Source of the DNA: the human T2T-CHM13v2.0 reference genome, Homo sapiens
Length of the DNA stretch: 64,000 nt
Assembly (NCBI RefSeq): GCF_009914755.1
Contig: NC_060941.1
Reading direction: 5' to 3' (one strand)
The position numbers and the translations under genes are program-made. Numbering within the stretch: the stretch's first letter is position 1; each line of letters opens with the position of its first letter. The notes beneath the pieces are model-generated. The model worked only from the letters and a program-made list of their open reading frames with translations. It was not told the DNA's origin and did no database searches. Shown here in pieces: positions 17,007 to 29,031 of the stretch.

Positions 17007-17747
17007 TGTGTGAAGGCCAAAGCAACTCCATGTTGTAATCTGCCATGTTGCCTTCAGATTAACCTCTGCTCTGGGAAGGCCATTAAAATTTCCAGTTTGT
17101 GGCCGGGCGCCGTGGCTCATGCCTGTAATCCCAGCACTTTGGGAGGCCGAGATGGGCAAATCGCAGGGTCAGGAGATCAAGATCATCCTGGCTAACATGG
17201 TGAAACCCTGTCTCTACTAAAAATACAAAAAAATTAGCTGGGCATGGTGGCAGACGCCTGTAGTCCCAGCTATGCGGGAGGCTGAGGCAGGAGAATGGCG
17301 TAAGAGAATCTGGGAGGCAGAGCTTTCAGTGAGCCGAGATCATGCCACTGCACTCCAGCCTGGGCGACAGAGCGAGACTCCATCTCAAAAAATAAATAAA
17401 ATTTCTAGTTTGTCTGTTATTCCTTGTGTAACAGCACATACTTACTGTAAATTCTGCTCTTAGGTCAAAACAACTTTGGTGTTATCATACTTTAATTGTT
17501 CTACACATCACTTCTGAATCATGTATGCCCTTTTCCTGTGGTATATCAGCCCTGGGTCTGTGGGGTAATGGTGCAGGGATCCACCATCTCATCTCTCCAC
17601 CACCAGAGACACAGACATGGCTTCTGTTTGTAGGTCCCTATTAAATGTTACCTTCTAAGAGATAGGATTTGTCAGCCTCTTTCTTCAGCCTCTCAGCTTC
17701 CTTGTACTTTGGGGGTAGGTTTGCATAGACCTGCCTGCCATGGAACA
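17007..17747 (+). mobile_element. ERV solo LTR (LTR47-like) split by an Alu
   Basis: TG...CA termini, TATA-like GGTATATCAGCCC, ATTAAA signal. Family assignment is from memory. Confidence 0.6.
17101..17397 (+). mobile_element. AluY/Sc
   Basis: Full Alu; TSD AAATTTC[C/T]AGTTTGT. Confidence 0.92.
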
Positions 17748-20334
17748 ATTATAAATTTTTTTCTGAAAAAATGGCAGTGTTATAGTTGTGGAATACTATA
17801 GTCATGTTACATTTAGGAAGTGCCAGCCCATGGTGTATTTCAGATGTAATTTCATTCCTTCCTATTGGCTGGTGAGGCCGGAAGACTTTGGGGTGACATC
17901 ATTGTGCACTTTGTTGGCATAGAAGAAGGTAATATTTGTGAGTCTTGGGGTTTCAGCATGAAACTGAGAAAGGGAAGTTCAGTGAAGAGGAGAAAAAGGG
18001 TAGAGTGGACACTTTTTTTTTGGAGTTGGACCAGCCTGAAGTAAGTAAAGATTTCTGGGCCACCAATGACTGTCCATTGCACAGATCCAAGCATACCAGT
18101 CAGAAAGCAGCCACTTCCCAGGGAGCATCATGTAGATTTTAGACTCCAAGGATACCACAAGCCACTATCAGGTGAGAGGTGCAATTGTTACAACCCAGCA
18201 TAGAGGTCCCCTCTTTATTTCTCAAAGTTTTGGGAGAACCCAAGACCCATAGCCTTTATTTTAGGGACTGTTTAATCATCTTGGCAGAGAAAGAGACTAC
18301 GTAATTGACTCAGGTCATTTGAGATCTTAGCATTAACCAAGATCCTGTAACACAGGCAGATTTAGCCCTTTTGTTTCTATTTCTATATTTAATATAAATT
18401 TATATTAAATTCTTGCAAAAATTTAGCTTTTGGCTAAAGTCAGCTTTTGGCCACAGCTGTTGATCAGCAGGGAAACAGAAGGAGAGGCCTCTGATGTCAG
18501 TAAGGGATTTTCACACTTAGCAAGCAACTCTTGTGGCCAGTTGCACAAAAGCAGAGTTGTAGTGAGATATCCAATTCCCATTAGAGAAATAAGGGAGCTG
18601 GAACTCAGAGAACATAAGTGATTTGCTCACAGTCAAGGCTTGTGAGTGGCTGTGCTGGGACTGGAGTCAGGCGAACATGGCCCTGAGGTCCATATTGAAT
18701 AGAAACCTTCTCTATGATTCCTCAACAGACACACATACCCATGCTGTTTCAGGTCCACTCTCAGGTTGCTTCTGCTGGGGCCTTATGTGCCTGAGGGCAG
18801 AAACTCATAATCATTTGAGGACCCACAAGGTGTTGCAGTCCAGCATGACCATTTCAGACTCCAGCATGATATTTCAAACCATATAGGGTAGCATCCTACC
18901 CTATATGATTCCTAGCTGGGGCCCCCATCACCAGGGAAATGGTGCTGGTTCTCACCCAGAAATAGATAAAGAGGAAGTGTCTCTGCTGAATAAGAACAGG
19001 TATGCATGCCTATCCCGACTCCCTGCTCCCTGAATGAAGCAGGGCCTCCTGGCATCGCTTGATGTTTGTGATGCTATCCCCGGTTGCATTGGCAGCAGCC
19101 AACACCAGGGTTTTCCAGTGGCTGAGGTCCAACACGTGGTTAATGTCATTGCCTTTTCCTCCCTTCCTTGGGATCAGGGGAATAAATGTCTCTTACTTAG
19201 AACTGTTCCACACAGACTTAGAGTGACAGAGAAGTAATTTAACCTATTAAAGGCCATTTTGAGCAAAAACCACCTTGTGTCACTGAAGCTGTAGAACTGA
19301 GCCACAGGAGGAAACTGTTAAAGTCGCAGGGTCAAGGACAAGGTACCTATGTTATCCCGATGGCATAGAAGCACAGCCTGAGTCTCTTCTTTGGCTGAGC
19401 CAAGGGCGTGCTGGAGAGGCCTGAGAGAAGAAGGAACGGCCCTTCTGACCAGTGCCCTTTTGGTTCACAAGGAACGTCTCCTCTTGTTTAAGTGATTTGG
19501 CTGAGCTTGCTACTTCTGCTTTGAGAGTCAAATATCAGGATCAAGACTTTAATTATCCCCAATTTACAGATGATGAAACCATATTGGGCAGGAAAGAAAG
19601 TCACCGCAGGAGAGCGAGTTGGACCTGGGCACTGGCTGAGGACAAAGGGGAATGATAATTTGGGATGTAGCTTGTTAAGGGGCCTCCCAAGTGTTCTTGT
19701 GATCCAGGTGTGGAGAGGATAGAGCAGAATGGTTGCCAGGGAGATGCAGGTAGGGTGCACTGCAAGAGTGGGAGAAATTAAAGAGAACATGCAACAAAGC
19801 CTTGGGACAGCGGGAGGGGGATGGACCACCCTGTTTTGTGCTACGAGAGAAGAGAGCAAGAAAAGGAATCTGTGTTAAATCCCGACAGCCTGCAGGAGAA
19901 GCAAATGCCCTTCCTTTTGTTCATCAGCAGTGAGACTGGCATCCCTGTAGCTTTGGGAAACTGGCCAGTGTGGATGCCAGCTCCCTCCAGCGGGCCTGAC
20001 TGGGAGACCTTGGGCTGGGGTTCTGGTCTGGGGCTCCTAGGCCTGATGGGAGGAGAGTTCAGCCCAGGTTTCCTGTGCTTCAGCTCGTATCCAGATGATG
20101 GTAACTATTGAAATGAGAGACTCAAAAGAAGCTGGAAACTGCATTTTTTGTTGTCCCATGTGGACACCTGTGTTCAGTTCCTAGTTCTACCTCTTGCTGT
20201 CTGTGTGTTCTTAGGTAACTGACTTAAACCTTTCTGAGTCTCATTTTCTTCATTTATGAAATAAAAGACATAACACTTATGTCAGATATTGTCCTGAGGA
20301 TTAAATGGGAGAATGAGCAAGACTCTTCTGCATT

Positions 20335-20457
20335 CCCCTTGCGTCCAGTGGGTGGAGGCCAGAGAAGCTGCTAAACATCCTGCCAGGTGCAGGACAGCCC
20401 CCATCACAAAGAATTGACTGGATCCTGATGTCAGTAAGGCAGAATTGAGGATCCTTG
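20335..20457. mobile_element. MER20 fragment (hAT DNA transposon)
   Basis: GGGTGGAGGCCAGAGAAGCTGCTAAACATCCTG...ACAGCCCCCATCACAAAGAATT motif. Confidence 0.7.
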
Positions 20458-20614
20458 GTGTGGGGGAAAAAGAATAAACTCGGAAGCTTGGCAGATCTCA
20501 ATTCAAACCCTGGTTGTACCACCTCTAGCTGAGTGACCTTAGGCAGGTCTATGAACTCTCTGAGACTTGGCCTCCTCATCGATAAAATGAGGGAGATAAA
20601 ACTACCAAGCTCAC

Positions 20615-22035
20615 CAGAAATAACCCCATGCATATATGGTCAACTAATCTTTGACAAGGTCATCAAGGATACACAATGTAGATTCTTTTATTCCTTTACT
20701 TTCTTAATAGGCTTCCTTTCACTCTACTTTTACAAAAAAGAATACACAATGTAGAAAGGAAACTCTCTTCAATGAATGGTGTTGGGGAAAGTTCCTGCAA
20801 AAGAATGAAATTGCACACTTGTTTTACATCATATACAAAAAATTAGCTCAAAATGGATTAAAGATTTAAATGTAATATCTGAAACCATATAACTCCTAGA
20901 AGGAAACATAGGGAAAATATCTTCTTGACATTGGTCTTGGCAATAATATTTTTTTGCCATAACACCAAAGCACAGGCAACAAAAGCAAAAATAAATAAAT
21001 GGGACTATATCAAACTTAAAACGTTTTACATAGCAAAGGAAACAATGACAAAATGAAAAGGCAACCTATGGAATGGAAGAAAATATTTGCAATCCATATA
21101 TTTGATAAGGGGTTAATTATATAAGGAATTCACACAACTCAATAGCAAAAATTAATAAATACATAAATAACCCAATTAAAAATAGGTAATGGACCTGAAT
21201 GGACTTTTTTTTCCCCAAGGAAGACATACAAATGGCCAGCCAGCATATGCAAAGGTGCTCAATGTCACTAATCATCAAAGAAATGCAAATCGAAACCGCA
21301 ATGAGATATTGCCACATAGGATAGGACAGCTATTCTAAAAAAGAGAAGAGATAACAAGTGTTGGTGAAAGTGTGGAGAAAAGAGAACCCTTGTACACTGT
21401 TGGTTGGAATGTAAAGTGGTATAACCTTTATGGAAAACAGTATGGAAGTGCCTCAAAAAATTAGAAGTGAAAGTACCATACAATTCAGCAATCCCACTTC
21501 AGGATATATACTCCCCAGAATGGAATTAGAATCTTGAAGAGAGATCTGTGCCCCATGTTTATTGCAGCATTATTCACAATAGCTAAGATATGGAAACATC
21601 CTAAGTGCCCATCAACAGATGAATGGATAAATAATATGTATATAAACCATGGACTATTAGCCATTAAAAAGAAGAAACTCCTGTCATGGATAAACCTGGA
21701 GGATATTATGCTGAGTGAAATAAGCCAGACACAGAAAGACAAGTTTTGTATGATCTCACTTCTATGTGGAATCTAAGATAGTGAAATGCATAAAAACAGA
21801 TAGTAGAATGGTGGTTGCCAAGGGCTGGGGGTGGGGAAAATGGGAAGCTATTAATCAAAGGCTATAAACTTTCAGTTGTAAGATGAACAAATGCTGGAGA
21901 TTTAATGTACAGCATAGGTGATAATGGATGTAATAAATTTGTGATAATTAGTACACAATATATACATATATGAAATCATCATGTTGTATGCATTAAATAT
22001 ATACAATCCTTGTCAACTAAATTTTTTTTAATTTA
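20615..22035 (+). mobile_element. L1MA-type LINE-1 3' fragment (end of ORF2 plus 3'UTR), degenerate
   Basis: ORF2 C-terminal remnant ([26 protein letters not shown]) and L1MA-like 3'UTR. Confidence 0.88.
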
Positions 22036-22246
22036 AATGCCTAGGTCATAAGAATTCTGAGAATTAAATACAATAACATATATGAATGGGCCTGCTATAC
22101 AGAAGGTGCTAAATAGGTTTGTTTTGTTTTGTTTTATTTCAACTCTGGCAGATGTAGACTTATTGGGAAAGAATGTAGAATACCCTTGTGCACAAGGATT
22201 ATCTATATGATGACTAAATATCCTGCATACATGCCATGTCATTTCT

Positions 22247-25200
22247 TTTTTTTTTATATGCAATACTTTTATTTTAGACATGCAAGGAAAGCTATTTCAG
22301 AATCTACTAATTTAAAGCAAGCAGCTGTATACAGACAGCAAAAGAAGCAACATTTTGTTACAGCTTAGCACAAGGCATCCAACGCAAACAGACATGAGAC
22401 AATGCATATTTATGTAGCATTAAAACCAGATGAATAATATATTATGGGGCAGGAGGAGGAAAGGAGGGGAAAAATAGAAATGAAAGACCAATGTTTCTCA
22501 ATGCTTCCAATATATAATGCTAAATTTCCCACCTGATAGCACATCCAGGTGCTTCAAATGTAGTGCATTACAGTGAGAATGTTAAGAATGGAAAATCTTA
22601 TCTGTGTACCTGCCTAATACTAAGTTTGGTCAAAACACATTTTCATAGATCTTCTTTCAGTGGTAAATCGATTTGAACATCTTGTGAAGTTATTGTTTAA
22701 TAACTTACTTAACTTAGGCTTTATGCTGTCTATATATAAACAATGAATTCTTTTCCTTTTATAAAAAAATATGCTGCATGTTTTATTAAAAGAATATGCA
22801 ATAGTTACCAATATTAAAGGTTTTAAAATTCAGAAATATAATGCCACAGTTAACAAAGTATTAAGTATTTAAATGAGGACTTAATATATTAGAATGCCAT
22901 CACTAGTAAAATATAAGTATTTAGGTATTAAAACTGAATGAATATTAGAATTTTTGAACTATATAAACTCAGCATTAATGCTTTGAAAGAGTTATTATTC
23001 AGCAACAGATACTGCAGAACAGACTTCAGACATAGCTCTCTAATAAGTTCTTAAAGGGATTGTTTGATATTATTATATAGCACAAATGTGATTCAATAAA
23101 TGTGGCACTACAAAATTTCTTAATACTGAATGTTTTAACCTTAAATATTATATAATGGTACAAATTAATTTTAGTTTCTTGTAATATTTTCACATATACT
23201 TTTATGTGATACATTAGAACACATTAGCTCATACAGATTGTAAGATAATCACACAAAATAGTTTCTTTTTTTAACCTCAATATTTGAAGACCAAACCACA
23301 CTATATATTATGGCACTGCTTATTTTGACCTAGCACTTCAGCTATATTTTCTTTGGTAAACATTTTAATGATTGTCATGTTTTCCTCTTATAAGATAAAT
23401 CACAGATGGTTCATTAATAATATGTATATGTTTAAGATTTAATATTACTCAAAACACTTCTAGGTCATATTTTATCAAGATGAGATTAAATCAGTTGCAG
23501 AGAGGAATGAGCTGTATCAAGATCACATATAGAATGAAAATACAGAAAAGTTTGGAATGTGAACAGGAAAAAAATACAATCATAAAAGTACTAGTTCTAA
23601 AATGTTCTACTATTATTATACAAGACAATAAATCACCATGCTGAGGATATTTTCTTTCATATGTATATCAGCATTCTATTTCCTCTGTGAAATTCTGCAT
23701 ACTCGATGAGTAGTCATTTAGTACACAGGGACATTAAAATATTCATGACGTGGCTACAAAAGAAATGCATATATTCTTACACACAGTATACAAACTGACA
23801 CAGACACAATCAGATTTCTAGAACATTTAGTTCACAGTAAAGATAACTAAAACTTAAGTTTCTGTTTGCTTTCCTTCTTTGGTTTAAGGCTGAATATTTA
23901 ACTTCTAAACAATGCCCAAGACTTTAGATTCATTTTTTTCTAACTTTACTACATACAGTGTTCAAAATGATGACAGACATCCTCCAGAAATTTTACAAAA
24001 TCCTAAAACACTATATTTACTACTAATATTATGAAAAGATTTTCAGTGTAAGTCATCTGGTCAATACTGAGTTGACCAAAAATTCAATTAGAATATTTCC
24101 CTTCCACCAGTGTTTAAATTCATTAGTACATTTGTATTACATAAACTAAAGAAACTAGAGAAAAATCTTTCCCAAAAAAACTGGAAAAGTAGTCACTCAT
24201 CTGGTATTTTAAGTAGCAATGAAGGTTTTTAACTGTTTACTTATACCTACAAAAGCAAAAAATCCAAAGAATTTGACTGAGACTGAGGATATTACTTTTT
24301 TAAAAATCCTCAAGACAGATTTTAACAAACTCTCCAGATTTGAGTGTCTACAGAAGGACTTCTAGGGGCTCCGAGAGTTCCCTGAAATTAGAAACAAAAT
24401 GATGTACAAATTTTCCTGGGGTGACGGCCCATCATCTTTCGGACTCTCAAAGGGATTATATCCCCACCAGAAAGCAAGTTTAAAATTGCTTATTTGAGTG
24501 TCTTTAAAGTATCCTCATTTTAATATTTATTCAATTTGAAACTTTGAAATATTGAACTACAAAATCATGTAAACTGTTCCAAGAAAAATATCTAACAAAT
24601 CCCTAAACTTACACAACCATTAATTACAAACGTATCTGAGGACAAAAGCCAGTTACATTTTAATCCTCAAAGAATTCCTAAATATTTTAAAGAGATAGCT
24701 GCCCTTTTCCCCCAACTCAGAATATAGTGGAATGAAGCAGCAAGTTAAAATCATATTAGTAAGAAATTAAACTCCCAACTACTTCATTTTCTCACAGAAG
24801 CTCTCATTTTCATAGGGAAATTCTTCTGTATCAATGGCATTAGTGATTCACAGTATTTAATGAATGCTTTTTTGTCAATGAACCTCTGAAGCTATTTCCA
24901 TATTCTGTGTAAAAAATAAATTATAAGCCCCAATAATGGATCATTATCCAAGCAAAATTCCCTATGAAAATACCAGTTTAATGAAGTAATTGGGACTATC
25001 CCTTGGGATTTAATGTAATTAGACTTTTCAGGTAATGCTAAAATATAAATAACAAACTTGACAGAATTGTCATTACAAACTGAATGTATATACCCTACTA
25101 CATTTCGATGCGTGTCAGTACTCCAGCAGGTATTCTAGTACGCTTTCTTAAACCCAGTGAAACTCTTGCTGTGATACATAGTCTCTGTTTTCTCCTGCAG

Positions 25201-25745
25201 TAGATCGGCCTGCTCAATTGCTTTAAGGACATTTTTCTTGGATGTTTCCTGAACTTCCCCTCCCAAAAGAAACTCATCCAAAATAAAATAAGCCTTCTCA
25301 AAATTAAAGATGATATCTAGTTCACAGACACTGCCGAAATACTTGTCAAGTAATTCCACATAACGATGAATTATTTCCAGGGTAATTAGTTCATTGTCCT
25401 GATCCTCAATAGCACAGCAAAAATACAGACTAGCATATCTTTTGTAAACAATCTTCAGATCTCGCCACTCAAGGAAGCTGCACATTTTAGGTTTCCGTGC
25501 TAAAACGGTCTGAACAAGTTCTCTTGTGATCTTTTTCTTCTCTTTGTCCGATAGTGGGACATACCATTTTTGCAGTCGAAGCTTTCCCTGACGACTAAAA
25601 AGCAACATAAACTGCATGGCGGCCGCGGGCCGCGGGCGCGGCGGAGCTTGGCCGGTGGCGGCGGAGCTTGGCCGGCGGCGGCGGCAAAGGGGAAGCCCCT
25701 GTCGCCGTGCTGAGGAAGAGAAGCCGTGGTGCTGTGGGGAAGGGC
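22247..25745 (-). pseudogene. AP1S2: AP1S2 processed retrocopy, full-length mRNA (5'UTR, intronless CDS, ~2.9-kb 3'UTR, polyA remnant)
   Basis: Intronless sigma-1B CDS; AATAAA at 22273-22268; A tail ~22247-22255; perfect 17-bp TSD CATGCCATGTCATTTCT at 22230-22246 and 25746-25762. The symbol refers to the X-linked parent gene. Confidence 0.96.
25135..25617 (-). CDS. Intact 160-aa AP-1 sigma-1B ORF of the retrocopy (extendable to 207 aa from ATG 25758); expression unknown
   Basis: [51 protein letters not shown]...[26 protein letters not shown] has no stops or frameshifts; Kozak gccgccATG retained. Confidence 0.6.
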
Positions 25746-25950
25746 CATGCCATGTCATTTCTATTTCTCATTCCATGGGTAATAAAAGCAGAACCAGCCT
25801 TCTGGTGGTCACAAAACATTTTGACATGAGAAAGGCTCATGATGAGCAATCTGGGAATGTACATCCCAGAGCATGCATGCCCTTTGACCCACAGCTACCA
25901 TGATGTCATGTCTAGTAATTAGTCCTAAGGAGATCATCAGAGATATGTAA

Positions 25951-26447
<497 letters not shown>

Positions 26448-28748
26448 TACTCTTTGGCCTTTTATGGAAAAAAGTTGCTGACTCCTGGTGAATATATTAA
26501 GAAAAAGTTGGAAAAACCTAAATCTTCAAGAGTGGAGAATTAGAAAGTAAGACACGTTGTATATAAGACAGATAGTGTGTGTGTGCATTTATTTGTAAAT
26601 ACATTGTTTGGAAGTAATGTTGTCAACATATGTTGCAGGTCTTAAAAATTGTTCAATATATAGTGTTAATCAACAAACAGGCAAATTATAAAATGTAGAC
26701 AGAATGTGATTGTGCATTTTGTGCATACACCAACAGAAGAGGGTGCTAAGAAGCCTGTGGACCAACATGCTAAGTGTGGCTCTTTTGATGGTGGTATTAT
26801 GGGATTTTAAAAATCCTCTTGGTTTTGTATAGATTCTGACCTTCCTGTAATGAGTGTGAATAAATATGTGTTTCTTTATAAATGTAAAAATAACTTTATC
26901 TTCCCAGTTCTCATAATTGAAAATGTTGGAACAAATGGTCCTGGGACAGATCTTTCCTTTGAGAAGGGCAGAGGAGGGGATTCAGCTGGGTTTCTGTTGC
27001 ATTTCTAGTAACACACAGTTGTGAAAGGCCAGTGTTGGCCATTCCCCAGGACAGACTGGGGTAGAGGAGGTCAGGATTTAATTACTTGAGGGACCAGGGA
27101 ATGGACGTGGCCACAGTCCTTCCTGACTCGCTGTTTTCCCTTCCACAGTCCCTGTCTTCTCCTCACTGATGCACATAGATGCCTGACCAGAGGAGAGATT
27201 TAGTTTTCATCCGAGGATTATTTGTTATGTTGCAGTTCTGAAATTCCCATAATGTTTAAACTAGAACACAAGTGATTTCATTATCTCTAATGTGTACGGC
27301 TTGATAGAAATATATTCCATTATGTATCACCTTAAATCCAGATAAAACATAAGGAATTTCTATTCCATGTTTGTATGATCAGTGCTAATAATATAAAAAG
27401 TCTAAAAAATAGCTATTTCCTATATTACAGTATGAAATAAATATGCTGAATGATTTGTTTTGGGGGGTGGAAAGGTGTAAGACTGAGGAGGGTGCCTGTG
27501 GGGAACAGTGATAGGAATCCTTTCTTAAGGGTTGGGTTTTACATATGTCTTTTAAAATAGATGATATCATTAATAAATTATCTGTGGGCATCATGAAAAA
27601 AGTGGATAATGTACAACTTTTATGAGCTTGACAGTTGGTGAAACGCTTTTCTGTTTAAAATTTTATTTGACCCTCCCCAAAAGAAATGTTTATTCATGAG
27701 TATTAGGGTAGTTCCAGTAGTAATGCCTCAAAAGAACCAGGAGGTATAGTGTTGTCTAAAATGTGGACTCAGGAGCCAGACTGCCTGGCTGTGCAACTAG
27801 CCTTGTCACTTCCTAGATATGTGGCAAGTTAATTAACTCCTCAGTGTTCTTATCTGTAGAATGGGGATAATCATAATATACATCTCAGGGTTATATTAAA
27901 AATTGAAAAAGTTAATTTTGTAAAGCATTTAGAATGATATCTGACAAATAAGTGTGTTTATAAAAGCAAACCCTATAAAAGTGTTTACTCATTAAATACA
28001 ATAATCTGAAGCCATTAGTGATTTAAACACTTGTGGCTGACTTGATAATATTTATGAAAATAAATACTGTATTTATAATCTTTGACCTGGTTTTACTCCT
28101 AGGAGTTTATTGTACAGTAAACATTTTCACAGGCAGACAAAAATATTACTATAAAATCATGTTTATTACATCTATCTGTGCAAAAGGAAAAAACATTAGG
28201 CAAATAAAATGACAATCAAAAGTGGTATTAGTTAAATGAATTATAGTAAATCCGCTGATTAGTAATCATATAATCCAAAAAGAAGTAGGCATATTTATGT
28301 GATGTGGGAAGATCCACAACTAATGTTAAATGGTAAAACATATAAAATGTTATGCCCAATAAAATACTTTCTGTGAGAGAATATGTTAATTTATTCAAGT
28401 GGCACCAATGTGGAGGGTTTATGCTAATTTCATTATACCTCACAGACAGACCTGGGCTCTCCCACTCATTATCTATGTGGCCTGGGATAAGTCATTTAAC
28501 TGCTGTAAGCCTCAGCTTCTTCATCTGTCAGGCAGTGATACCCTGACTACTCTGCAGGGTAACTCTGAGATTTAAACGTGATCATCTCAGAATATGCCTG
28601 GCAAACAGTAGGAGCTCAGAACTTGATGTTTTTTCCTACAGCAACTGCATGTCTTTTGGGGATAGCACTTAATGCATGAGGTTGGTAAATCCTTATATAC
28701 ATAAAATATTGTGAAAACATAAGTACGTGCTACCATTTTTTCAAACCT

Positions 28749-29031
28749 CTTTTTTTTTTTTTTTTTCCTGAGACAGAGTCTCACTCTGTTGCCCAGGCTG
28801 GAGTGCAGTGGCACCATCTCAGCTCAGCTCACTGCACCCTCCAACTCCCGGTTCAAGTGATTCCTGTGCCTCAGCCTCCCGAGTAGCTGGGATTACAGGC
28901 ATGTGCCATCATGCCAGGCTAATTTTTTTTTTGTATTTTTAATAAAGATGGGGTTTTGCCATGTTGGCCAAGCTGGTCTCCAGCTCCTGGCCTCAGGTGA
29001 TCCTCCTGTCTGAGCCTCCCAAAGTGCTGGG
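28749..29031 (-). mobile_element. AluS, slightly 5'-truncated
   Basis: Alu body; TSD TCAAACCTCTT. Confidence 0.9.

Noticed and set aside
21117-21776. ORFs with L1 ORF2 similarity
   Set aside because: Fragments of a degenerate, 5'-truncated L1MA; not an active element.
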